Source: a virus (lineage: Duplodnaviria; Caudoviricetes). Taken from it: a stretch of 64,000 nt of DNA. Made by a program: the position numbers and the translations under genes. Positions 32,798 to 42,261 of the stretch are shown piece by piece (the first letter of the stretch is position 1; every line of letters starts with the position of its first letter). A model generated the notes under the pieces. It was not told the origin of the DNA. It was given only the letters and a program-made list of their open reading frames with translations, and did not search any database. The stretch lies in IMG/VR virus record IMGVR_UViG_3300036868_000046, positions 14,783 through 78,782 of that record. One strand, given 5' to 3'.

Positions 32798-33835
32798 ATG
32801 ACCCTCACAAGACGGGATTGCGCAGCGGACTTACCGGAGGGGACGGACCCCCTCATCGTCGATCTGCACCTGACGGCCACGGCCGCCGACCGTGTTCGAT
32901 CGCGATGCCAGACCGTGAGCAGCCACGCGCGCGCGTGGCTCCAGCTGGAGCCGGACGACGATGGCGCGGAGGCGCGGAGGCGGCTCCGCGCGCTGCTGGC
33001 CATCGAGCTGGGCGGCACCGGCGGCCCCATGGGATTTGGGGTCGACGGTGGCAATCGCACCGCGCGGATGTCGTGGGCGGCGCGACTCGGCAAGGGCCGC
33101 CGCCACGCCTCCGATGGCCCAGCGTGGGACGATGCGGTCCGCCGCGTGGCCACCTCCCTCGGGGAGGGCGAGGTCACCCCTGCCGATGTCGGTGAGATCG
33201 CCGGGCGATGTGGCCCGGATGACCTCGAGTGGCCGCTCGCCTACGCGCTGCGCCGCGCGCATGCCTGCCGCCTGGATGTGGACCAGGCGGCGCTGTGGGC
33301 GACATGCGCGCGGGTGTCCGCGACGCTCGCCGAGCCGGACTCCGGCGCTGGCCGCCTCGCCGCGCGCTACTCTCTGCGTACCAAGCCCCGGCTGCGTACG
33401 GCTTCCCTGTCACTTCGGTACCAGGATCCGGATCGGGCAGCTGATGCCGAACCAGGCCTCAGCTCGCTGAGTGGGGCGAACTCCCTCATCGATGAGCTCG
33501 TCGAGGACTTCACGGGGGATCCTGCCCCCGATTTCCTCGAGCTCGAGGAAAAGCGCGTCCAGACGTGGGTCACGTCCTCGCCCGACTGTGGCGAGGCACA
33601 GCTGCGCATCACCTGCGACGCGCCCATGAATCAGTACACGGTGGAGCTGCAAAGCCGGGCAGCGCTGCACCCGGCAGCGCTGCGCCTCATCGAAGCCGCA
33701 TGGATCCTCCGTCACGCGGGTGATGAGATCTGGACCACGGACGTCATCGTGGCCCACGAGGCCATGACCGAGATGCACCCGGATATGCTGCGCGCCGAGC
33801 GCGCGGCGTGGGATATCGCCGCCGATGCGGTCTGA
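32798..33835 (+). CDS. Hypothetical protein
   Basis: Purine-rich RBS after hammerhead 5; 345-aa ORF. Confidence 0.65.
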   Translation: MTLTRRDCAADLPEGTDPLIVDLHLTATAADRVRSRCQTVSSHARAWLQLEPDDDGAEARRRLRALLAIELGGTGGPMGFGVDGGNRTARMSWAARLGKGRRHASDGPAWDDAVRRVATSLGEGEVTPADVGEIAGRCGPDDLEWPLAYALRRAHACRLDVDQAALWATCARVSATLAEPDSGAGRLAARYSLRTKPRLRTASLSLRYQDPDRAADAEPGLSSLSGANSLIDELVEDFTGDPAPDFLELEEKRVQTWVTSSPDCGEAQLRITCDAPMNQYTVELQSRAALHPAALRLIEAAWILRHAGDEIWTTDVIVAHEAMTEMHPDMLRAERAAWDIAADAV

Positions 33836-34280
33836 TACCCCCCGCTGCGAGCTCCCCATCAGGTTCCGCAGGGTCAGTGCCGGGGTGTACTGCTCGTACA
33901 TGGAGGTCGGTGGGACGCCGGTGTTCACCATCGTGTCGGCATCGGTCAGGGAACGATGCTGGCTCACGACGCACGCGTCGCTGCGCACGCTGGCCCCGTG
34001 CGACTCCCTGGAGGACGCTTGTCGCCAGGTCAACGCGCTGGTCGCCGACGCGCTGGTGAATGCTTTCCGGGTCGTCGCCGCGTGGTCGCACGAGGCGTTC
34101 ATCGCCTCCGAGCTCGCCGCCGCGCGGCGGGAGAGGCGCGCCCTCCTCGTGGAGCACGTCATGGACGTGCTACCTCAATCGTCCATGCCTGACGCGCCCG
34201 ACCATCTGCGACCGGAGGTCGTGCGCGCGCTCGCCGAGCGCGTGGTCGACGCCATCGCACCGGCGCTCTGCCCTCGCTGA
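33825..34280 (+). CDS. Hypothetical protein
   Basis: Overlaps the upstream stop; start uncertain. Confidence 0.55.
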   Translation: MRSDTPRCELPIRFRRVSAGVYCSYMEVGGTPVFTIVSASVRERCWLTTHASLRTLAPCDSLEDACRQVNALVADALVNAFRVVAAWSHEAFIASELAAARRERRALLVEHVMDVLPQSSMPDAPDHLRPEVVRALAERVVDAIAPALCPR

Positions 34281-34336
34281 CCTCCCAAGGAGATACCAAT
34301 GACCCATGCTTATCCGGTCGACACCCAAGGAGCGGA

Positions 34337-34558
34337 ATGCTTACCGCTAAGTCTATCACTGACGACCAGATCCGCGAGTTGCGCGCGACGCTACTCCGTG
34401 AATCGGGCAATCAACTCACCTCGGAAACGGATGCGACCGGCATGGCTCTCTGTGATCTCGATAAGTACCCTCCCCACCTACGGGAGGATGCCCAGATCAT
34501 CAAGGACATCGCTCGAGAGCGCTGCGTCGAAATCATCAATGATCGAAGTGGCCGTTAA
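34337..34558 (+). CDS. Hypothetical protein
   Basis: AAGGAG RBS, helical. Confidence 0.6.
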   Translation: MLTAKSITDDQIRELRATLLRESGNQLTSETDATGMALCDLDKYPPHLREDAQIIKDIARERCVEIINDRSGR

Positions 34559-34573
34559 CCGGATAGGCATGCA

Positions 34574-34930
34574 ATGACCGCTTACATCGTTGCCTTCGCG
34601 CTGATCAGCGCCACCGCCTGCGCCTCCCAGGAGGCCCCGCTCGTGGGGGAGGTCCCAACGTGCTCCGGTCGCGTAGGTCGGAGCTCCGGCACCCTTCGGG
34701 TACACGGCGAGGTCGAGTGTCTGGACACGCAAGTCCTCACGCTGACGGTCGTCTCGTTCTCCGATGTGGGTGCCCCGTCACCCCTGGTGACGCAGACCTT
34801 CCAGACCGGATGCCCAGGCACCATCGACCTCGTCATCGCGGTGGCCGACACCGGCACGATCGTCACGGGCATGACCATGACGCCGGAGTCCGGCGGCATG
34901 GTGACGACGTGTCCGCTCACGGCTCCGTGA
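34574..34930 (+). CDS. Putative lipoprotein
   Basis: Signal peptide ending SATAC, followed by a beta-rich domain. Confidence 0.6.
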   Translation: MTAYIVAFALISATACASQEAPLVGEVPTCSGRVGRSSGTLRVHGEVECLDTQVLTLTVVSFSDVGAPSPLVTQTFQTGCPGTIDLVIAVADTGTIVTGMTMTPESGGMVTTCPLTAP

Positions 34931-35042
34931 GCCGATAGCGAGGCGCCACGCAACTTGAACCTTTCAGGTGTACAAAAGGGCATGGCCTGGTCCGATTCAC
35001 AAGGTCGGTAGGTCTGCGCTCCGAATTCGGAGAGGAGTCACT

Positions 35043-35453
35043 GTGACTACTACGACCGGCATACCCAGCATCCAGACACTGGTCATTGATGTTCTGCGGG
35101 ATATGTGGCCCGTGGAATGGTCCACGGCCGGGCGGATCGCGAACGCGATCGTCAACCGTCCATCGCCCGAGCCAGGGGACCTCGACATCAGCGAGAAGTA
35201 CATCGCCGCCACATGTCGCCGAATGGTGCGCGATGGCCGCCTGCTGTCCGGCATGCACGGTTTCGCCTTGCCCCTGGAACGCTATGCCGTTCGCCCGGAC
35301 GGGATGCTGTACGAGTTGGTGCGCATCGATCCGGGGTCCGATATCGTCATCATCATCGGACGGATGAGCCACGAAGAGGCGCTCGTATGCTCGACCTCGC
35401 TCAATGAGCACGATCGCAAGGTACGCGCCCTCCGCCAGGGCGGCAATCCGTGA
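35043..35453 (+). CDS. Possible winged-helix DNA-binding protein
   Basis: VIDVLR...STAGRIANAI...YIAATCRRMVRDGRL pattern; AGGAG RBS. Confidence 0.5.
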   Translation: MTTTTGIPSIQTLVIDVLRDMWPVEWSTAGRIANAIVNRPSPEPGDLDISEKYIAATCRRMVRDGRLLSGMHGFALPLERYAVRPDGMLYELVRIDPGSDIVIIIGRMSHEEALVCSTSLNEHDRKVRALRQGGNP

Positions 35454-35626
35454 GACCGGAACGGCCATTCACTCACACCGACGTGGTGCGCCTGGCGCGG
35501 CGTGCCTTGGCTCGCGCCCACGGTGATGCTGACAAGGCAGGTCGGTACGCGGCCGATATGGCCGACCGATATGAGTCGGCCAAGTGGGAGGCCATCATGC
35601 ACTACATCCGCGACGGCCACATCTAA
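35450..35626 (+). CDS. Hypothetical 58-aa protein
   Basis: GTGA overlap; translated by hand as MRPERPFTHTDVVRLARRAL...YIRDGHI. Confidence 0.5.
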   Translation: MRPERPFTHTDVVRLARRALARAHGDADKAGRYAADMADRYESAKWEAIMHYIRDGHI

Positions 35627-35645
35627 CCCCGGAGGAGTTTTCTCG

Positions 35646-36011
35646 ATGATAGAGATGAGTCTACCTATCAACAACCAGTTCACGATCGAGGTCAAGTTGT
35701 GCGACCAGCGTCTGCATGACGTCCTGACCTCGGGCATCGAGGGCGGCTGCGCCTATTGGGCGAGCATCGATTGCGGAGCTCATCAGCCGGGGTGGAGCAA
35801 CTACTTCACGGCCACGTTCTTCCCCCACGGGGACACCGCCATCCCTCGAGTGGGGCACACGCTATCCCTCGAGAAGCTGCGCTGCGGTCTGGCCATCATG
35901 GCGAACAAGTACCCGTTTCACTTCCGTGACGTGATGATGGAGACCGATGACGCCACGACGGGCGACGTGCTCGTGCAGTGCGCCCTGTTCGGCGAAATCG
36001 TCTACTGCTGA
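35646..36011 (+). CDS. Hypothetical phage protein
   Basis: GGAGG RBS; IEGGCAYW and DATTGDVLVQCALFGEIVY motifs recalled from phage proteins. Confidence 0.7.
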   Translation: MIEMSLPINNQFTIEVKLCDQRLHDVLTSGIEGGCAYWASIDCGAHQPGWSNYFTATFFPHGDTAIPRVGHTLSLEKLRCGLAIMANKYPFHFRDVMMETDDATTGDVLVQCALFGEIVYC

Positions 36012-36030
36012 CTCAAGAAGGAGCATCCAG

Positions 36031-37038
36031 ATGTATCTGAAGTCCATCAGCGCGCGGACCGCGTTCCGCATCATTCTCGTCTCTCTCCCCCTGCTGGGGC
36101 TCGTCGGAGCGTGGGTCACCCACATGGCCGTCGCGCAGCAGGAGGACGAGATCCTGCAGCGCGGCCGGGCCCTCGCGCTGTCCGGCGCCGCCGGATACGC
36201 GGCGGTCCTGCAGAAGGGGCTCGACTCCAAGGCGCTCACCTGGGATGACCTCGTCCACCCCTCCTACACGGAGATCCACTTCACCGTGCCGGTCGCGGAG
36301 CCGCGCTACCACGCGAGCTTCGACTGGTACACGGACGCTTCGGGCATCCAGTCCTTCGAGGATGCCATGACGAGCTCCGACTCGATGCTCCTCTACGCCG
36401 TGGGGAACGACCTCACGGGGTACATCCCGACCACGCTCAAGGGCTTCTCCGCGGAGCCCACCGGAGACCCGGTGAAGGACGCGGTGAACGCCCGCAGCAA
36501 GCGGCGCTTCGAGTCGCCGATGCACAAGGCAGCCGCGGCGTGGGTCGGCAATGAACCGCTCATCCAGGAGTACCATCGCGACACCGGCCACGTTGCCTGG
36601 GATGTCGCGGCGCCGATCTGGATCCGCAACAGCTTCAACAAGGAGCTGTTCCACTGGGGATCCTTCCGGGTCGGCATGCGGCAAGAGCGCATCGCAGAGG
36701 TTCGCAACGCGGTCATCCTCCGGCTCGGCGTCGTGTTCGCGGCGTTCGAGCTGCTCCTCGCGAGCATCATGTACTTCGCCGTGCGGCGGCAGATGCGCCC
36801 GCTGCATCGCCTCGCGGGGGAGGCGGTCGCGGTGAGCCTGGGGGAGCGCGAGGACAAGGTCGCGGCGCGCCCAGGGGATGCCGCCGAGATCCGCGAGATG
36901 GCATCGGCGGTCGGCCGGCTCCAGGTCTCCCTGCGAGAAGCGATGCGCCGGTTGGATACGACCGGGTCCAAGGCAATTCCGGCCGCCGTGGACCCGGCCG
37001 CCACCCACCCTTACAAGATGATGGAGGTCGTCCGGTAG
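36031..37038 (+). CDS. Membrane sensor with periplasmic Cache-like domain and HAMP, lacking an output domain
   Basis: TM - (EPRYH..D.YTD, YAVGND..GYIPT, TGDP..D...RSKR.F, DVAAPI, HWGSFRVG) - TM - HAMP (RPLHRL...SLG...EIREMASAVGRL), then the ORF ends. Confidence 0.8.
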   Translation: MYLKSISARTAFRIILVSLPLLGLVGAWVTHMAVAQQEDEILQRGRALALSGAAGYAAVLQKGLDSKALTWDDLVHPSYTEIHFTVPVAEPRYHASFDWYTDASGIQSFEDAMTSSDSMLLYAVGNDLTGYIPTTLKGFSAEPTGDPVKDAVNARSKRRFESPMHKAAAAWVGNEPLIQEYHRDTGHVAWDVAAPIWIRNSFNKELFHWGSFRVGMRQERIAEVRNAVILRLGVVFAAFELLLASIMYFAVRRQMRPLHRLAGEAVAVSLGEREDKVAARPGDAAEIREMASAVGRLQVSLREAMRRLDTTGSKAIPAAVDPAATHPYKMMEVVR

Positions 37039-37273
37039 ACGACACGCCGGCAGAGAGCCCGGCGTTCCTGGAGGCCCTCTGGTATCGCTCGGAGGGCATC
37101 GGCCTCGTGCCCTACGAGGTGCTCTCCAAGTTGACGGAGGCGGAGTGGAAGCGTGTCCAGGGCATCGACGGAGCGCTCGCCACCGAGATCCTCACCCTGC
37201 CCCGCACGATCACGCCTACGATGGACGAGCACGAGCTCGAGATACAGATCGCGATCTCGAAGGACGGAGAGCC

Positions 37274-37582
37274 ATGACCCGAACCCTGACACTGACCCTG
37301 ACCATCGCCCTGTCCGCCTGCGCCTCGCGGCCCCCGGTCATGCTCGACCGCGTGACCGCCTGCGAGGCGCAGGCGAGCGCCTGGTGCCCCAAGTCCGGCA
37401 TGGACAGCCCCGGGTGCCCCATCGTCTACCTGCAGCTGTTCTGTGCCCACGTCGACCTCGATCGGGGCATCCCGGACGACATGCAGGACGCCTGTCTCAC
37501 CGCCATCGCCGATACGCCCGCCCCCATGCCGGTACCCGCAGCCTGCATGGCGACCTGGGCCATGACCCCGGAGACTCCATGA
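37274..37582 (+). CDS. Cys-rich putative lipoprotein
   Basis: Lipobox LSAC, plus 6 further Cys. Confidence 0.65.
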   Translation: MTRTLTLTLTIALSACASRPPVMLDRVTACEAQASAWCPKSGMDSPGCPIVYLQLFCAHVDLDRGIPDDMQDACLTAIADTPAPMPVPAACMATWAMTPETP

Positions 37583-37749
37583 CCGACATACGAGATCGTC
37601 TCAAGCAGCAGATCGCGCACCTGGACCGCGAGCAGCGCCGCCTGACGCGCCTGCTCCAGTACCTGGCGATCCATCAGGCCGCGTCCTCATCCACCCCGGA
37701 ACACGCCCTGGCGATCGCGTTCCGGCGCAAGACCCCGGTGGACGTGTGA
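37579..37749 (+). CDS. Hypothetical coiled-coil protein
   Basis: ATGA overlap with the upstream gene. Confidence 0.5.
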   Translation: MTDIRDRLKQQIAHLDREQRRLTRLLQYLAIHQAASSSTPEHALAIAFRRKTPVDV

Positions 37750-38030
37750 CCCCGCCCTGGATACAGGCACGGATCGCTCGCGCCGAGCGCATCCGTTCGG
37801 CGGCCATCCACCTGCTCGACCTCGCTGCTTCCAATCGTCCGTTTACATTGGCCGAGATCTCCAGGATGGCGGGCATCATGGCGCCAAACGGCAAGCCCGC
37901 CTTCGAACTGGCCCGGGAGACCTACCGGCGAATTTACTGGGTCGGCACCAATGCCGAGTGCTACGCGGAGGCTGCCGGCCTGCTCCGTGACGGCTGGATA
38001 CCCGGAGAACAGATCCTGCTCAGGTGTTGA
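37746..38030 (+). CDS. Hypothetical protein
   Basis: GTGA overlap with the upstream gene. Confidence 0.55.
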   Translation: MTPPWIQARIARAERIRSAAIHLLDLAASNRPFTLAEISRMAGIMAPNGKPAFELARETYRRIYWVGTNAECYAEAAGLLRDGWIPGEQILLRC

Positions 38031-38050
38031 CCGGCACCTGATACCCCTTG

Positions 38051-38085
38051 CAACTTGCAAGTTGGATGGGGCAGCATCCCCATCC
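38051..38085. promoter_or_regulatory. Palindromes upstream of parB (candidate parS or operator)
   Basis: Perfect 14-bp CAACTTGCAAGTTG (38051-38064), followed by ggatgggg-N6-ccccatcc. Confidence 0.45.
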
Positions 38086-38243
38086 ATGGAGAGTCACCCA
38101 ATTCTGTCGGGGCGCGCGAGCTCCCCGGCGCGGCGATGGCGGTAGCCCGCGAGGTCGGTCCCCGACTCTCCCCTCCGACTGTACGCGAAGGGCTTCGGGA
38201 CCCCTCATCCCCCGGAGCCCCCGCCTCCGCAAGGAGATCCAAG

Positions 38244-39596
38244 ATGACGATGATGACGCAAGATCCCGAACTGATGGTTGTCGACGACAGCTACGACATG
38301 CCCAACGCATCGGACGATGACCCGATCGACGAGGATGCTCCAGACGATAGCCTCGAGGACGAGGAGGACGAGGAGGACGAGGAGGACGAGTCGGTCCTTC
38401 CATTCCGCACCCCCAATGAGGGTGCGGAGGACGACGACGACGATGATGATGATAATGTCGAGGTCGTGCCCGACGAGGATGACGAGGACGATGACGACAA
38501 CAAGGACACGATCCCGGACCCGCCCCGGATCGGGGTGGGGCGCGCCAGCGATGCGGTCGGCGAGCGCTGGGTCCGCTTCGGCGACCTGACGCTCGAGGCC
38601 AAGCACTGGACGAATCCCCGATCCGTGACGGGCCTCGACGACGCCAGCCTCAAGGTGCTGGCGGACAGCATCAAGTCGGAGACTGTCACCGACGAGACAG
38701 GTCGGGTCTTCGTCGGACTCATCGAGCGGATGAAGGTCATCCGACTCCGGGGACCGAACGCGACCATCACCGAGCTCGTGGTGGACGGGCAGCGCCGGCA
38801 CCGGGCGATCGAGCTCGCCGGGTTCGACGAGGATGCCATGGTTCCCGTTCTGGACCTGGAGGGTCAGCCGGTCGACTGGACGCGTGAGCTCGCGACCCAG
38901 TACCTGTTCTCCGCGATCGAGAGCGTCGGCACCCGGGCTGGGCTCTCGACCTACGAGCTCGCGGATAATGCCGTCCGCCTCCGCGCCTCGGACGACCCGG
39001 ACACCGGCGCCCAGTACACCCAGGGCAAGATCGCGCGCGCGATCGGGCGGAGTGAGTCCTGGGTGAGCAAGATGCTCAAGGCTCGCGAGCACGCGAGCCC
39101 CAAGCTCCTCCACCAGTGGAAGATGGGCGAGATCACGGACGAGCAGTTCCGGGACCTTGCCTCCTCCAAGGAGGAGGAGCAGGAGAAGAAGGGCCAGGAG
39201 GTCGCCGAGGCCAGGGCGTCCGCCGGCCGGAGCGCCGCGCGTACGCTGGCGCGAGAGACCAAGGCAAAGGCGGTGCGCGCTGCCAAGGCGCCCCCGGAAG
39301 CCAAGCCGAGCAGGGCGAAGGGCCAGGGGCCGGCGGTGCGCGGGCCGCAACAGGAGATGCCGGCGGCTCCGCCGGTGCGCAAGCCGCCGCCGGCGGTCGT
39401 CGATGACATGCTCGCGACGGGCGAGAAGTACCCGCCCACCTCCGACTACGTCAAAGGCATCATGGACGGGGTCAGGTGGGCCACCGGGGGGCTCGACCCC
39501 GCGAAGTTCGGCAAGGCGTGGAAGACGTACATCGATCGGACCTCCGGCCAGATTGCCGAGAAGTCCAAGAAGACGTCGGCCCGCGCCAAGAAGTAG
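38244..39596 (+). CDS. parB: ParB-like partition protein with acidic N-terminal extension
   Basis: NPR...LADSIK...LVVDGQRRHRA (ParB N-domain), HTH TQGKIARAIGRSESWVSKML; AAGGAG RBS. Confidence 0.85.
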   Translation: MTMMTQDPELMVVDDSYDMPNASDDDPIDEDAPDDSLEDEEDEEDEEDESVLPFRTPNEGAEDDDDDDDDNVEVVPDEDDEDDDDNKDTIPDPPRIGVGRASDAVGERWVRFGDLTLEAKHWTNPRSVTGLDDASLKVLADSIKSETVTDETGRVFVGLIERMKVIRLRGPNATITELVVDGQRRHRAIELAGFDEDAMVPVLDLEGQPVDWTRELATQYLFSAIESVGTRAGLSTYELADNAVRLRASDDPDTGAQYTQGKIARAIGRSESWVSKMLKAREHASPKLLHQWKMGEITDEQFRDLASSKEEEQEKKGQEVAEARASAGRSAARTLARETKAKAVRAAKAPPEAKPSRAKGQGPAVRGPQQEMPAAPPVRKPPPAVVDDMLATGEKYPPTSDYVKGIMDGVRWATGGLDPAKFGKAWKTYIDRTSGQIAEKSKKTSARAKK

Positions 39597-39668
39597 GCGT
39601 TACCATCCGGTTGGCGCGGTTCACGAAGGGTTGGCTGTAGTCACTCATCCGGGTGATACTCCTTCGCC

Positions 39669-39899
39669 ATGGGAGCCATCAAGGATCTGCTCGAGTCGGA
39701 ACGTGGTCTCATCGCGCTGGCGCTCATCATCGGCGGCACGGTGTTGTGCGCAACGCGCGTCATGACCGTGGACCAATGGAAGGACTTCACGACGTGGGTG
39801 TTCGGCGCCTACGTGGCCGGCAAGACCGTGACCGGCGCTGTGCAGATCATCAAGGGGCCGGCGCCGAACGCCGCGCCGCCGCAAGGAGAGTCGAAGTGA
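39669..39899 (+). CDS. Small two-TM protein (holin-like)
   Basis: 76 aa, two hydrophobic helices. Confidence 0.55.
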   Translation: MGAIKDLLESERGLIALALIIGGTVLCATRVMTVDQWKDFTTWVFGAYVAGKTVTGAVQIIKGPAPNAAPPQGESK

Positions 39900-40294
39900 T
39901 CAGGATTCGCAAGTCACCCGTTCTGCTCATGCTCATGTGGGTGTCGTCCCTGGCGCTGTTCGGCGCCATGCTCACGACCGCCTGCACCAAGAACCAGCGC
40001 ATCGAGACGCTGGGGGCCAGCCTCATCGCGGTCAACTCGGCCCGCGAGGCGCTTGGGGTCTGGGACCTCGCGCATCAGGAGGACATGGTCAAGCGCGCCT
40101 CGACGCGGGAGGAGGCCGAGCGTGCCGTCGCCGACTACCGCGCGAAACGACAGCGCGTCGTCGACACCTTCGTCGAGGTCTATCGCGGCCTCGCCGCCGC
40201 AGCGCTCGACCCGAGCGACTCGAAGGTCGACGCGGCCATGAAGGCCGTCGATGGCCTTCTGGAAGCTGTCAAGAAGTTCACGGAGGGCACCTGA
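39896..40294 (+). CDS. Helical lipoprotein (possibly spanin-like)
   Basis: Signal ending LTTAC, followed by amphipathic helices. Confidence 0.55.
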   Translation: MIRIRKSPVLLMLMWVSSLALFGAMLTTACTKNQRIETLGASLIAVNSAREALGVWDLAHQEDMVKRASTREEAERAVADYRAKRQRVVDTFVEVYRGLAAAALDPSDSKVDAAMKAVDGLLEAVKKFTEGT

Positions 40295-40295
40295 C

Positions 40296-40622
40296 ATGTC
40301 GACAGAACAGCTCCAGCGTACATTCGTCTCCTCTGCCGTCACCGCGCTCGACGCCGTCATGGACGTCGCCCGGCGCGAGTTCGCCGATGGGACCGGGCCG
40401 GGCATGCAGCGCGCGCTCATCGACAGCAGGCCCATCGAGATCATCGAGAGCATCCTCGGCGCGGTGGTCGCGATCGCCGAGGAGATCAAGAAGGGGCTGG
40501 GCGGACAGGTGTCGGCCGAGTCCGTGGAGGACGCGATCGCCGCGATCGCCGATCGGATGCGGAGCAACGATGCCGTCGTCGACGCCGCGATCGACACCAA
40601 GTTCCCCGATGGCTCGCCCTAA
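40296..40622 (+). CDS. Hypothetical helical protein
   Basis: GGAGG upstream; operon context. Confidence 0.6.
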   Translation: MSTEQLQRTFVSSAVTALDAVMDVARREFADGTGPGMQRALIDSRPIEIIESILGAVVAIAEEIKKGLGGQVSAESVEDAIAAIADRMRSNDAVVDAAIDTKFPDGSP

Positions 40623-41121
40623 GACCAAGGAACCCCGCTGCTCCTACAAGGAGGGGGCCCGGCGATGCTCCTTCGCCGGGGTCGGCGATCCCCCGCTCTG
40701 CCGCCCCCACCAGCTGGCCGTCGCCGAGGCGGCTCGCCCCAAGTCCCCGGGCGAGGTCGTCTGGACGTCGCTCATCGATGCGATCAATGGCGAACAGGTC
40801 GACCCGCGGGCGTTCGCCAACGCGTTCGCCAGCGTCTTCGACGAGTTCACGCGGATGCGGAGGCCGCCCGGCGGCTGGTACCCACCGCCTGGAGACCATC
40901 GACGCGCCCCCACACATGACGAGAACCTGCAGCAGCTCCGCGCGGCGGCGCGTGGCGTCATGGGGTTCGCCCCCCGTGAGCCCTTGACCGAGAAGAAGAT
41001 CAAGGACCGCAAGCGGATGCTCGCCATGCAGCATCACCCCGATCGCGGCGGGACGCCGCAGCGCATGGCCGCCATCAACGACGCTGCTGACGTTCTGCTC
41101 GAAGAGTTGGGAGGAAGGTGA
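40609..41121 (+). CDS. J-domain (DnaJ-like) protein with N-terminal Cys motif
   Basis: IKDRKRMLAMQHHPDRGG...MAAINDAADVL with the HPD motif. Confidence 0.85.
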   Translation: MARPKTKEPRCSYKEGARRCSFAGVGDPPLCRPHQLAVAEAARPKSPGEVVWTSLIDAINGEQVDPRAFANAFASVFDEFTRMRRPPGGWYPPPGDHRRAPTHDENLQQLRAAARGVMGFAPREPLTEKKIKDRKRMLAMQHHPDRGGTPQRMAAINDAADVLLEELGGR

Positions 41122-41124
41122 CCA

Positions 41125-41502
41125 TTGGGGGCTTACGACACCATCAAGACGCATCCCTTCGATACCCGCTTCTATTGCAGCGAAGGGCATCACATGCCCG
41201 GGCTGCAGAGCAAGGACTTCGGCGAGACGCTCGGTCGCGTGGTGGTGGTCTACGGCCACGACTGCGACCTCCTGATGTTCCAACCAGGCAATGGCTCGGA
41301 GCCGGGATACGTCTCCCCCGATGCCTTCGGATGCCACGGCTACTGTCACCGTTGCCCATCCTTCACAACGTTCGCCGGCACGGAGCTCAAGCCGTGGGTG
41401 GAGTTCAAGGTCGAGCGGCTGTTCGCGCGCCTGGCCGTCCGGCGGATCTCGAGTGACTACGCCACGTGGCTCGCCCAGATGCGAGCCAACGAACAGTTCT
41501 GA
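41125..41502 (+). CDS. Hypothetical Cys/His protein
   Basis: TTG start, GGAGG RBS; CSEGH and CHGYCHRC motifs. Confidence 0.6.
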   Translation: MGAYDTIKTHPFDTRFYCSEGHHMPGLQSKDFGETLGRVVVVYGHDCDLLMFQPGNGSEPGYVSPDAFGCHGYCHRCPSFTTFAGTELKPWVEFKVERLFARLAVRRISSDYATWLAQMRANEQF

Positions 41503-41603
41503 CCCGTCCGGGGCCATGTTACGCAGGGAGATCCTGCGGAACCGAGGACAGTCGCGGCATGAAACAGCCCTGAGCGGGTCACCTATCTGGTAGCGTTCTC
41601 GGG

Positions 41604-42248
41604 ATGCCCAATCTCATCAGCTATACCGAGACCACCAATGCCGAGTGCTGGGACGCGTTCTCGCCGCGAGACTTCTCCGACGACATGGAGGTCGAGCTGT
41701 TCGGCAGCCGGAACGTCGGACAACCTCACCTGTGCAATCTTCAAGTCGCGCATGCACTACCTCGGCCGGACGCAGCCTTCATCGTCGACAGCTGGTGGGC
41801 AAGCACCAATGTACCTGCGAACTTCCAAATCTTGGCGTGGATGAGGTCGGCGACCGTCACCCTGTATATGGGCTGCATGCCCGTCCTCGTCCGCAAACTC
41901 GATGACCTGTACGACCAAGGCGCGCTGGGGCGATGCCTCGGCAACGACCGCCGGTGCCGCGGGCTGGCCGAAATCCTCGCGGACGTGTGCGGCGAGGCGT
42001 CGGATTGGGACGAGGCCAAGGCGGAGAAGTGGACCCGACGAGTGAAACAGGTCCGCGATCGACTGATTGGCGTGACGCCAGGGCTGACTGTCCCGATCGT
42101 GATTCCATGTCGCCAAACCTTCCGTGTTCGCGTGCAGTCCGAGCGACGCTCGCTGGGCGCCATGCTCGAGGTATTGCCAGCAAATATCGCACCCCAGGCG
42201 CTGTTCTGGATCCATCTCGGCGGGGTCACGGAAATGACGGTGGTGTGA
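41604..42248 (+). CDS. Diverged paralog of putative major capsid protein 1
   Basis: Colinear motif match to 16003..16578 from the N- to the C-terminus (see findings). Confidence 0.7.
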   Translation: MPNLISYTETTNAECWDAFSPRDFSDDMEVELFGSRNVGQPHLCNLQVAHALPRPDAAFIVDSWWASTNVPANFQILAWMRSATVTLYMGCMPVLVRKLDDLYDQGALGRCLGNDRRCRGLAEILADVCGEASDWDEAKAEKWTRRVKQVRDRLIGVTPGLTVPIVIPCRQTFRVRVQSERRSLGAMLEVLPANIAPQALFWIHLGGVTEMTVV

Positions 42249-42261
42249 TAGCGTTCTCGGG

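Noticed and set aside
39593-39640. taggcgttacc after parB as another hammerhead
   Set aside because: No GAAAC, stem III or CUGANGA.
41555-41603. 12-nt matches (cctgagcgggtc, agcgttctcggg) to sequence next to hairpins at 7225 and 6082
   Set aside because: No GTCTCA hairpin at 41.5 kb; treated as probable coincidence.
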